A stretch of 61,564 nt of DNA, counting the filler, from Sphacelaria rigidula (lineage: Eukaryota): assembly GCA_964200075.2 (NCBI GenBank). It is 5 parts of 5 records of this genome, joined end to end, with 100 filler letters (N's around TTAATTAATTAA, not from the genome) between each part and the next. Parts side by side here need not be neighbours in the genome. Positions count along the whole stretch, not along the records: positions 49,333 to 61,564 come from CAXNAA020003979.1; 4 more parts are not named here. One strand, written 5' to 3'. Numbering within the stretch: position 1 is the first letter of the stretch; each line of letters opens with the position of its first letter. The translations under genes and the position numbers were made by a program. Of the stretch, positions 50,623-61,564 are shown piece after piece. The notes under the pieces are model-generated. The model was given only the letters and a program-made list of their open reading frames with translations. It did no database searches and was not told where the DNA came from.

Positions 50623-53600
50623 ATTCCCACAGGGCGAATCGGGTCTGGATGTGTATAACCGAGCGACATCGTTCATCGCGACCATGTTCCGAGATTTCGC
50701 CAACGAAAACATTGCTCGGGACGACCTCAACGTCATCATCGTCACCCATGGGCTCACGCTGCGGCTGGTGAGTCATTGACAGTATTGTTTGGCCTTGAGA
50801 GAAGTCGAGTGAAGCATGCCCCCCCCCCCTCGCGAGACTGGTCCGGCAAAAGCCCGGCGCGCTCCGTACCGGCTTAGTAGGGACTATGGCATGCATGATC
50901 ATGAGTACATCCCCTCCCCTCCCCCCCTCGCTTCCCGTGGCTACACACCTTCGACAAAAGAATACACAGTAAAAAAGTGTACTGCGTACAGTATCGACAA
51001 TTGCATCTATTGCAACAGACAAAATATTCCATACTGTATGCAGTACGTTTTTTTACAATAGAATCCATCGTCCAGGGTATGCATTGCTGTCTCTGGAAGT
51101 GGCGATGCCGGAAAATGAAGCATTTCATTGGAGGCTGTCATCCATGTGCAAGACAATTAGTACGCTTTGGGCCGAGCAATCTTAGTCGGATGCTTGTCAC
51201 CGTTCATGAGACTCGCTGGCAACTTCACGGCGCTTCGCGCTTTTGGTGACTGCGAGCCCGGTCCAGCAAAAACCCGGCGTGGTCATCCCGACTTCGTAGG
51301 GGAGCGAGGTCAATGGTATTATGACTACGGCTTGCAAGATGATGAGTGATGAGTACGCCTCAACCCGTTTGGTGTTGTGTTGATGACACATGAGTGGTCG
51401 TTGATGCTGACTTACTTGATGGCCGTCGTTTATGTCTTTGATCATAATGGTTGATCCTATCGAGACAGGGCATGTAATTTTCCCCTCAATATCTGCTTTT
51501 GCCGTTAAACCCCTGTGATTGTTCGATTAATTGATTAATTGATCGGTCGTTGTGATCGATGCCCCCCCCAGACACTAGGATTATGACATGTATTCTGATT
51601 GATGTGATCGTGCCAGAGCTGAAATATGCGGGAGAAGCATGGGAGGGGAACGCAAAGTTGGCGAAGAAGCTGGAAACAGTACAGATGGCAGACGCTAAGA
51701 ACTGTTGCCGCGACACGAGAGCTGCAATCGGCCTATACTCTAGGCAGTACATTATTTGTCCATTGCACCCATTGACCGTCAGGGTGGACGGTGTTCCACT
51801 TACGTACGTGTCAGTCACGCCTGTCCGTCAGTTTGGAACTCCAATTAATATGAAAACAGTTTTAGGGACGATGGGACGCCAATGTATTATATATGTATCT
51901 CAGGATACTGGGTCAGATGGATTAAGATATGGATGGGTTCGGATTTTTTTTTTCAAGTTCTGGGGGGGGGGGTTGGATAGGGATAAGAAACCTGAGAGTG
52001 ACAATATATTTGGGAGGGGTTTTGGTTGTAATGTGGGGTTGGATGGGCTGGGATGCTTTTTTTTGCTGTTTTGGAGCGTGAATAAGTTATGACAAATACC
52101 TACACGAAGTGATATCAATGACAAGTGTTGAAAAATTCTTTCACAGATTGTGGGTGTTCTGTTGGGTGTAGTACCGGTTGAAATTTTTGGGTATTCACCG
52201 AAGTACAACAAGAGGTATTTTCATTGGCAAAATACAAAACCCTTCCGGACCGTGCTGGAGTATTCGGATCAAGGCTTGATACCCTGCCGGACCGAACCGG
52301 AACGTTCGGTACACATTTCGCTATGGTTTGGTATGCCAACCAGAAATCCCCCACCTCCGGGTATATTGTTCCTGTCTTGACATTAAAAACCCTTCCGATT
52401 TCTGCGCAGCACTCTGTACTGGGCATCTGATGCGGGTATATACCCTACAGAAGCCCAACGTTGAAGAATTCCACGTTTTGGCTATTCAGCGAGGAAAAAA
52501 AAATCATGTCCATGAACGTTACTCGCTAAGCATACCCCCCTTACCCGTCCCCCGTCCTCAACTTTTCGTTTTTGGTATCCCCGCCCCTGCGTCGTCATCC
52601 ACACCCGCTAGCTGGTGATGAGGTGGTTTCAGTACTCTATCGCGGACTTCGAGGAGACGCTCAACCCTGCCAACGGTGGCTTTGTGGTGATGGAACGGAA
52701 GGCGAAACCGACCACGGTAAATTTAACACCGCGTCACGTTTCATAACCTTGTGGTTGAAGCGTTGCACGGTTAGGACGAATTATAACGACTACGAATCAT
52801 CAAATCTACGATTACTTCGGCCTGATTGCCCAAAAGGGAGAAAAAAGTCGACTGCTGGTCCAAGGGGTATCCACGCAACTTTTGCGCCATTCCACGTGTC
52901 TGGGNNNNNNNNNNAATTTCCAGACGACTCATTATTTGTCCGACCCTTGAAGCGTTTCAAGGGTGTGTCGGGTAGGGTAAATACCCGGGTATTTAACTTT
53001 CCTGATTTTTGTGTTCCGATGACCCGATTTTCAACGTCTCACCGGAAATATGGGGTGTCGGTAGGTACCCAGTATCCGAGTATTGTTGTGGATATCGATT
53101 TTGATGCTATATTTGAGTTTTGCGTACGTGTGAGTTCGCTTAAAAAAAAATAGAATACTCGAATGTAGAAGACACCCCACGCAATACACCCTTGGAGCTT
53201 TTTCAGTGCGCGGTGTACTTAGTATGAGCGAAACTACTGAGCTTTGGTATCGTGTCAGTAGCTAATTGGTTTCACGTGAATACTGTAATGGGGGATGAGT
53301 CCGTGGCCTCTCAGCGCCGCGTCGCTCACAGAGGCTAGTTTAGCGGCGTTGGGATACGAATGTCCACGATTGACGCAATTTTACAAGTATCGCTTCCCCT
53401 AGTCCTAACCCCAACACATACCGAGAACCCTCGGGCAAGGACGGTATATTCATTCCCTAGGCAAAGTGCGGCCTTGGTAGACCCCTGGGCGCCAGGCACG
53501 GATTTCAACGAAAACTCGTTCTGCGCACGCGTGGAGCACACGGGACTGTCAGCCCCACTGGAATTCCGATTCTCGTTGTACACACTCAAATCAAGTAATA

Positions 53601-55350
53601 TAAACCATGGACATTTGTAGCCCAACGCCGGTAAACTCTACTGCGCTTGCACGTCGTGATATTGTTTACTCCTTCGTGTACGGTTCGGGTCCGCGAACGT
53701 TTCCGTCGCCTCGGGTCATTTGATGTACTCCGTAACGGAGGAATCATCATACTCTCGGCGTTTGGTAGCTTTCCTCTCTGAACGACGTGTCGTCCTGCAT
53801 CGAGTCGATTGTCTGTTCCGTGACGTGACGGGAGAATCGTATCGTCATACTCTAACGTTCGGGAACGTTCCTCAGAAACGGACGTGCCGTCACCTCAAGT
53901 CGTTTGTCTGATCCGTGACGTGACGGGAGCATGGTATCGCGTCAGAATCCGAGGTCCGGGAATGTTCCTCAAAAGCGGAAGTTCCGTCGCCTCGGGTATG
54001 TGTCTACGTTGTGTGGCGGAGGTATAGACAAATTCCCATGGAGGGGGCGGCTCACCAGAGCGCACCTCTACTATCGTTCTTTCCTGCGTCATCCTCAACC
54101 TTTGTGTTTCAAAGAACCAATACACAGGCCTTCTCCATAGTCTCACGTCCGTAATCCTCCATGCTATCTTCAGGTTACGTGTAGGGGTTAAATACTGAGA
54201 TTCTGTGTGGGTGCTAAATTTGGTACCGTTCCGTTTTAACTTTTTTTTTTCCTGCGCTGTCTTGTTTCCGCCCCCCCCCCCCATGCCCATTGTCCAATTG
54301 CTATTGTACGATGTCGTTAGGACTCGCGATTCTTCCATGAAGGGGCCACCGAAAGACGAGATCTCAGGCATTGGTGAGTGTGTCCCTGTTGTCTCTTTTT
54401 AGTTTGCTTTCGATTATTCTGTCGATGTATCTACGTTGTCGTCATCAGCATCCCATAACCCGTACCATTGAGAGTTGTGTCAGGCATGGATGCGAAACAC
54501 CTCCTCACAGTTATCCCGGCGGGGCAGAAGGTGAGCGATGTGCTACTTACCCCTTGCTTGTGCCGAGAACAAAGAACTACGAGACGCGGAAACAAACTAA
54601 AAATAATGGGGTGTTTTTGTGTTGCTTCTGAGGAAAATTTCAGATGTAAGGAGGGATATAGTGCGTGCTTGCTGCCGGTGTGTTCAGTTGTATTTTCTGC
54701 TTTTTCGAGAGAAGAAAAAAACAGCTTGTTTTTGATGGGGGTACAGAGAGCGCCGAGTTGGGAGGACGACCGAATAGGCTGATCGTTTTTTTAGATCCGA
54801 GCTGAAGACGCTGAATTTGTTCTGTTTCGTATCTTCTCGTTTTCCCCCTCCTTAACACACACAGGCAGTTGTTTGATTGGTTGATTGATTGTCGGACCCC
54901 CCAGGTATCCAGTCGTAGTCATGATCCACATGATAGACGTACCCGAGACTAAACGAAACAAAGCTGCAACACTCGCGGAAGGAAACGGAAGAAACAATGA
55001 GGAAGAAAAAGAGGTTGTACATGACTTGGCTTTGTTCACCCTCTTTGACTTTAAGATGTTGAACTGGCAAAAATAGAAACCAACATGAAACATCTTCTTG
55101 TCTTGTTTTGTGCATCCACTCTCACCCCTCACTCCTCACATCCCCCACGCTCTTTATTTTTTTTCTTGTATACGTGTCATCTTCCACACACCTCAACCCC
55201 AGGTACGAGCTTACGCCCGAAAGTCGCGCCCACATCAACTTTCGCGAACAGCGGCAATTCGGGTCGCTTTGGAAGCTCTTGTCTGAGTTGCCGGATGAAC
55301 CTGGAATCGTTCCCGAGGAATTTAGAAAGAAGCCGCACTGGGAAGATTGA
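50623..55350 (+). CDS. Histidine phosphatase (phosphoglycerate mutase) superfamily, DET1-like; 5' exons with the RHG motif not found in this fragment
   Basis: In-phase exons 50623-50767 (RFPQGESGLDVYNRATSF..NVIIVTHGLTLRL), 52612-52716 (LVMRWFQYSIADFEETLNPANG..), 54321-54373 and 55203-55350 (WYELTPESR..PHWED*). Confidence 0.9.
51140..51350. repeat. Inverted copy of the G-run repeat family (intronic)
   Basis: Reverse complement of 4225-4425; a second fragment lies at 50815-50925. Confidence 0.8.
51571..51740 (+). mobile_element. LINE ORF2 C-terminal fragment (intronic)
   Basis: DTRIMTCILIDVIVPELKYAGEAWEGNAKLAKKLETVQMADAK resembles the post-RT pattern 'VIxPxLEYAxxVW...LETVQxxAAK' of non-LTR retrotransposons. 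Confidence 0.7.
52958..53194. mobile_element. Short hAT-like MITE
   Basis: TIR CAAGGGTGT/ACACCCTTG; 8-bp flanks AAGCGTTT/GAGCTTTT (6/8). Confidence 0.6.
53690..54005. repeat. ~95-bp degenerate tandem repeat, ~3 copies (intronic)
   Basis: TCCGTGACGTGACGGGAG at 53817 and 53912; TTCCGTCGCCTCGGGT at ~53701 and ~53982. Confidence 0.75.
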
Positions 55351-58300
55351 TGCATGTCCCCCTCTCACTGCAGTAACTGCGGCATTGTCTGTACACATGA
55401 AGACGTGCAGTTCACACGGTGCGCGGGGCACAGTATGTACGGTACGGTGCCACGAAACACGAGTGATGGTTGGTGACGGAATATTGCCCCCTACCCCAAG
55501 ACAAGACCCGTTTACTGTGAGGGAGAAGAGAAAAAGGTCCTTGTGGTGTACTGTGCGTCGCGGTATTATTGTAGGCCTAGGTTCTGTCGTGAATCCTTTT
55601 CTTTGTACCGTCCGGGCGTGGTGGGTATGAGTGTTTCTGTTCCATCTATTGAAGCAGCAGCATTTCTGCTTAGAGAATGAAAAACTTGAAAATAAAACTC
55701 TGGTAACCATCTATGCGGCGTCCGAAGGATTCAAACGGAGGGAAAGGAGACAAGCGCCGAATCCTTTCTCCTCATGGTGTAATAGGTTTGTCATGTTGAT
55801 CGCACCAAGTCGCACACCGATTGATCTCCCCCCCCCGGTAGTTAAGGTGGTGATCCCAGAAATTCGACTGTGAACACAAGATTCCACCTTTTGATATCTT
55901 CACGCTTCGTTGCCACGAGAACGTGTGACACGCCAGAGACAACGACAACAGAAGCAAGAGGGATACGATATGTACGAGTTTTGGTGATTTCGTCTATAAA
56001 TGTGTTTTTGATGTCAGTTTTTGGGCCCTGGTACATGAACATTTGTCTTTCGATTACAGGTCATGTGTAGGGGGCTATGAGGCTGGTTGTGCCAAGAGAA
56101 ACTGCTATTTGTAGAGCGTTGCATGCTAGTGGGATTACTGTATAGTAGAGTAAGTGTAAAGCTCTTTGCAGGCGGGGGGAGCCAACAGCCAACACGCTCG
56201 TTCCTGGGCCTGGTTGATGTTACATAAGTGCCGAAGAGAATGGATCGTGTAGACTGTATGGCCACGTTTTCCTTGGGTTTCTCCTCAGGGATAGGATACG
56301 TACAAGCCTATGGAGATGCAAAGCACACGGTTGGCTGACTTTGCGCTGTCGGGTCCCTTGGTGGATTTCTGTCGTAGCTCACGCGAGAAAACCACACGGG
56401 GAAAAAAATTGAAGAAAAAAAATGTTTTTGTTATGGACCGTGGCTGGAACCACAACCTTGTGTCTTTGAGAGCTATCGGTGCTGCAGCAGTGTCTATTAA
56501 GCCAGAAAGCCGAGAGAGAATATCCATCCCAAAAATTTCAAGCCTTTGGGGTGAAACTCAAAGTTTCATGAATGAAAAACCTTCATACAAACTCCACGGA
56601 TACATAACCACTGCTGCTCGTCGTGGTCATCACTCTTTCTTCTCCAAGGAAAATGTGCCGGGGCATTTAGGTGATGAAACTAGAAGCGCGTTTTCAATCG
56701 TGCATAGTTCATAGGTCCTCCTGACTTCCGACTGCATTGAGCAGCTTCTGCCTGGGAAGGAGCGCCGCGAACGTGTGCGTCCTGAAAATCGATTGGCGCC
56801 GCCAGGAGACCTCCTTCAAGCACAGAATCCGTTGGTCGCACGCTCCGGCAGCAGTCTTAAGAGGCCAAGAGATCTCGACTGTATGGCTCGTTCCACCAAC
56901 CGCCAACACTGTTATGGTCGTGCGGGATGAGCCAACAAAGCCATCGGGACTAACTCGTACAAGGAGCGTATCAACATCGGTAAAAAACCCCGCACTGATG
57001 ATCACTGGACGATGAAAAAAATGACGGAAACGTCAAATACCATTACACGTTTCAACATTTCAGCAGAACATTTTCAATTCCTCTTCGACCTCATGACACG
57101 CCACCTACGCCCTTCCTCTCTCTCCCCCCCTCCCCCCTCCCATCTCGCCTTCCAAAATAACGACCAAAATCTTCGTACACACACAAGGCACCATACATCT
57201 ATATCGCAGCTCCTGACAGTTTTTTTAAGATATGACTGCAGGTTTTACTACTGCCTTCAAAGTGACATCTGTGCAACGTAGTTCTTCGGGCACGTCAAGT
57301 CCAACACCATCCAGCTCCTCCTCCCTCCCGCTCCCGCTGCACCCGTCCGACTTGACGCGCAACCAGTCGACTAACCCGTATCCCCAACTACAAGTGCTGT
57401 GTGTTCCAGCCTGCAGCTAAGGCTCAACCGCCGCCGTCGCCGAGGAGTTGGCCTTGGGAACGTCAGTGTAGTTAAGTTTCAACTCCTCTTCGAACGAAGC
57501 GAAAGAAGTGCCGTGAGTTTGGAACACCCAACGCATCCCCCGCCCCCAACTCCACGATGCCCCGATTTTTTCGGATTTTTGCTCGGGGAGCATCAGCACG
57601 ACTGGACTCAAGCCTATCCAACAGGCACGTCCAAGCGCGGCCGTGTGACCACGGACCAGTGTGGACCAAGAGTAGGCAGAGCAGTAGCGCAAGTATTCAC
57701 CATCAAGCCTGTTGAGGCTGTTCGGCCTTTTTAAGCGGTGGGAGTGCGTTCTCGTCATCAAGCCTCGGGACCACTCTTCGCACCTCCACCACCTTGTGGG
57801 CCTTCCTCTTGCTGTACCTTTGGTGCACGTGCGCAATCCCGACGTGGTCGCCAATCTGTGGCGTCCGACAGCCCCCGTCGTCCGAACCAACCGACCAGCC
57901 AACGTTTCCACATTGTTCGGGAGGAAAGCAAATAAGCGGCGACATGCCGCATGTAGTGGAATATGGGTGGAAGTGTCGGCAAAGGCCAACCGAAAGTGCA
58001 GACAATATTGGGGAAACAGGTATCTGAGGGTCAGGGGGATGTCGAGATACGAGCTGCTTCTGAAGTATGGTATATATCCCATCGCTGAAATAGGCGGAGC
58101 TTTAGGTCCTCTCTTGGCCATGGAGCGGGGGAGATGAAGCGAGTGGCGCACAGTACGATACCGTCACGTTTTGCGCAAACAATCCGGAGAACGATCTGAA
58201 GGGAGAAGAAATGTGAAATTCGTCGGACACAAGCGATGTGCAGCTCTCGCTTGGTCATACTGCTGCTGTTGCCTCGTACTCGTCTGGCGAACTTGGTGTG

Positions 58301-60108
58301 ATAAAATTCCAAAAGCTGACTTTTGGAAAGCTGATTCAAGCTCGAAAATAGAGCGCAATACGGGAACTGTACCAGGGAAGAGGGGAGAGAGGAGCTCATA
58401 TCCAGAGACCACGGACTCGTCCCGAGAAGCGTAGGATAAATACAAGTGCGACTGCAAGACAAGTAGGGGAAAATATACACATGTATTTGCTTGTGTATAT
58501 GTCACGTTCTAGGTAATGCAAGAATAGTAGTCACTTTTTGCTCACAACACGTGAGCAACCTCACCCGCAAAGAGTTGGTCTCATCATGCGCCATGATCTT
58601 GCTGTATCGCGTCAGTCGCTTCCCATACACTGGCACGATGTATTGATAAGGGACTTTCACCTGCACGTGAGCGTTGATTCAACACCAAAAGGAGGCATCC
58701 AAGGGGGGGGGTGGAGAAATCGATCCCGTGAATTTCGGAGAATGTAAAGTGCAGTCACGACGAACGCAGAGCACGGGGTCACCTGATGGCAAGCACAAAA
58801 TGACAGGAGAACGTGCGGCACACCTATAGCCCATTAAGAATTTTTCCTCAGAAATTGGGGAATCACATTTGGATTGATTTTTTTGGCGAGATTTTTTCGA
58901 CGGTCAAAAATATTCCGACATAATGTCTTGCACCGGGTTGTGGATCCCTCTGTCATGCGCTTTGTAGGAGGCACGTCTTTATATTCCAACCACCAAAAAC
59001 AGGCGAGAAAAAAATGCTTGGTGTCCTTGTGAGGGAGGCGCTCACGCGAACTGCACGAGAGAATCGCTACGTTTCGGGTCTACTTTGCCAACCTCAGAAC
59101 AGCTATGTGGACATTCTACGTACAGGGAATGTTGTGCTAAAGTATGGTACACGTGGACGACGGAAGTGCCGTACAGAAAAAAATATATGCAGAGGCCGTA
59201 GAGGAGCAACTCCCTTTTCCAGAGCAACGCAGGTCCGTGTCTCGAGGACTAGGGAAAATACGTTGTAAAGTTACCACGGAACTCGCGGTCTAATTGCATC
59301 GTAACGAAACACCCATGTTCACAGAAGGAAGTGTCCCGTTTTACATCAAGGGTGAAGGACACCCCTCAGGTGCATCTGGAAACTTTCGCCCAAGGAGGAA
59401 GTGCAGCATATACGTGGTGATTTAATTTGAAGCTGAGGCACCCCACCAACATCATTTAGGCCGGATGCATGCATTTCACCCAAATCACCCGCAGTTCGCT
59501 CTGCAATTACGCACCAACCGCGTTTCCTGGCTCGGCATACCCTGGTTGGGAATATGTTCATTGGATCGCAGTAAAATTCTTTGTTCGTGCAAACGCTAGA
59601 GTAGGACGCAGTGTTCGTACAATCAGAGGCGGTTGCCGCTACATTAGCACAACGCCGACTTCAAACACAGGTGGAGGATGCATACCTGAGGCTTTTGTTG
59701 CCACCAAAATAAACTTGGCTGCTGTGCTTGACTAGATGGCATTGTCTTGGATGAAACCCAATGGACTGAAATATGTTCATCTTACTGCCCCATCCTGTCC
59801 AGGTACACGAACGATCGCCTCGTTGGCTCCGTTCTCTGACGAAGAGACAGCAGCATGTATAATACGACGAAACTTCGTGGTTTTTCGATCCCAGAGACCC
59901 CAGACCGAGCAATGCGTATTTTGCTCACCATGACGGTCTTATGCATCCGGTCCGAACTGACGACTCCATATCTGATCAGCGGTCTTCGTGTGGGTGGTAT
60001 TGGACCAGCAATCTGTCGAATACATGGAGCGATTACACAAACAGAAACAGCACCCAGAGCGATCAAACGTGATTATACCCGCATAATGCCGTGTACATAG
60101 TACTGTGA

Positions 60109-60935
60109 CTATCCGGTCACACATGACGTGGACCGGAGTTTCGAGTTGTCTCCGCTACTCTCGTATCTACGCCGCATCCTGAAATGGGGTTTCTGAGAAC
60201 CACGGTACGGTGTATAACACCCCTTCCGTGATACGTTCTTTCCGCCGTCGATTCGCTTGAAAAGAACGGTGCTTCCAGCGACACTGAGATTGTCATCGTT
60301 GGGAGTTTCATCGAGATCTTCGTAGGGTGCACAGATTTCTCTCTGGCAGCTCTGGGTCTGTTTACCCCCTGAAACATCGAGGCAAAAACTTCTATCACTG
60401 ACCAAGCGCTTCCCATGTACCCTCCGCAGCTCTGGCTCTCCTTTCTGTTGGTCGCCTAAAGGTATCAACGAACTCGCGGAACACGCATGCCGACAAACAG
60501 CAACAACCAAACCATGCTTTACATACCCACACCCAAACTCCGATACCACCAACATCGCCAGCAGCAGCAGCAACCACAACAACAACAACAACAAAACGAC
60601 AACACCCAGCAACGAGCCCACTTTGATATGCATACACTGCACATAGCATGCACGCAAACACGCAACGCAGTGCTTACCGCAGCCGCTGCCTCCTCTTCGG
60701 TCAACCCCTCCCAGGTCGTGCCCTGGGCTTCTTGCCTTGTTCCGTCCGCATCGCCCCCAGCCGTCCAGTCGGCGCCCTTTGCTTTCTCACCACCACCACT
60801 TCTGCCATCAATGCACAGTCCTCTCCGTAGCACAACGCTCGGAGGCGCACACGTACCCCCTGCTTCTTGCGGTCCTGCTGCGGCAACTGCTCGGGTTGTT
60901 GCTGGTGGTACCCAACAGCTGCGGTGCCGGGTTTG
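60109..60935 (-). CDS. Possible last two exons of an uncharacterised low-complexity protein
   Basis: Open frames at ~60678-60935 (donor GCG|gtaag) and ~60109-60454 (acceptor cctttag). No recognisable domain. Confidence 0.3.
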
Positions 60936-61564
60936 AGACTCACGATATGATGGTGCGGTTTGCTGGAACTGGGAGATGGTTATGGTGAAGTAGGCAGGTG
61001 ACGATTGAAATGAATAGGGGAATTGTTTAGCCGCCCGTTGCCGCAAGGGATGACAGAAGGCTGCGCGCAATGCCATGGCTCTCTAGATACTCACTACATT
61101 CGGCGAAGCGGTGTGCTGGGCACGGAGCAAAACTCGATCAGATTGTTGTTATGATCCAACATGATCCGCATCACTCGATGTCATCATATGACAAATTTTG
61201 GAGTTCCCCCGCACTGTTGTTGGCATGGTGGACGAACCCGACTTATGTTATACGCCATACATCCTGTGCGAAGAGCTGACGAGCTTACAAGGGTTTGATG
61301 TTATGACCTTCGTGTTGAGCTAAACTTCTCACGAGAGAGCCTACGAAAGGCAGGCAGGGCACCACCACCGTCATCCGGGCCGAAAGTTAAAAGAATCACA
61401 AGACTTGCCGAAGAAGGGTGACGGGAGGAATCTTGACTAAAATCAAGTAGTTTTACTCTGAAACAACAGCAGTTCGTAGTTCATCACGAAACAGCCGATT
61501 TTGAATTTTGGGGCTCATACAAAATATGGGGTTGAAGTGGCATATCTCTCTTGCACGGAAGACC

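Overview
Eukaryotic, intron-rich, repeat-rich DNA. The style suggests a brown alga (Phaeophyceae, Ectocarpus-like); this is inferred from gene structure and repeat types, not proven. The window is not one locus: four identical 100-nt N/TTAATTAATTAA linkers split it into five near-equal fragments of ~12.23 kb. Three genes are well supported by phase-consistent exon chains: a divergent centrin-3-like EF-hand gene (-), an R2R3-MYB transcription factor (+), and the 3' part of a DET1-like histidine phosphatase (+). Three further multi-exon genes look disrupted by stops or frameshifts: Ulp1/SENP-like (-), BRCT-containing (-) and POT1-like OB-fold (+). The rest is non-autonomous mobile DNA: tRNA-derived SINEs, at least five fold-back MITEs, a MULE-like palindrome with a nested hAT derivative, a TIR-bounded palindromic minisatellite, LINE remnants and a ~350-bp G-run repeat family. 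Most ORF-track entries are spurious. I could not demonstrate a novel multi-gene system; the best candidates for a second look are listed under findings.
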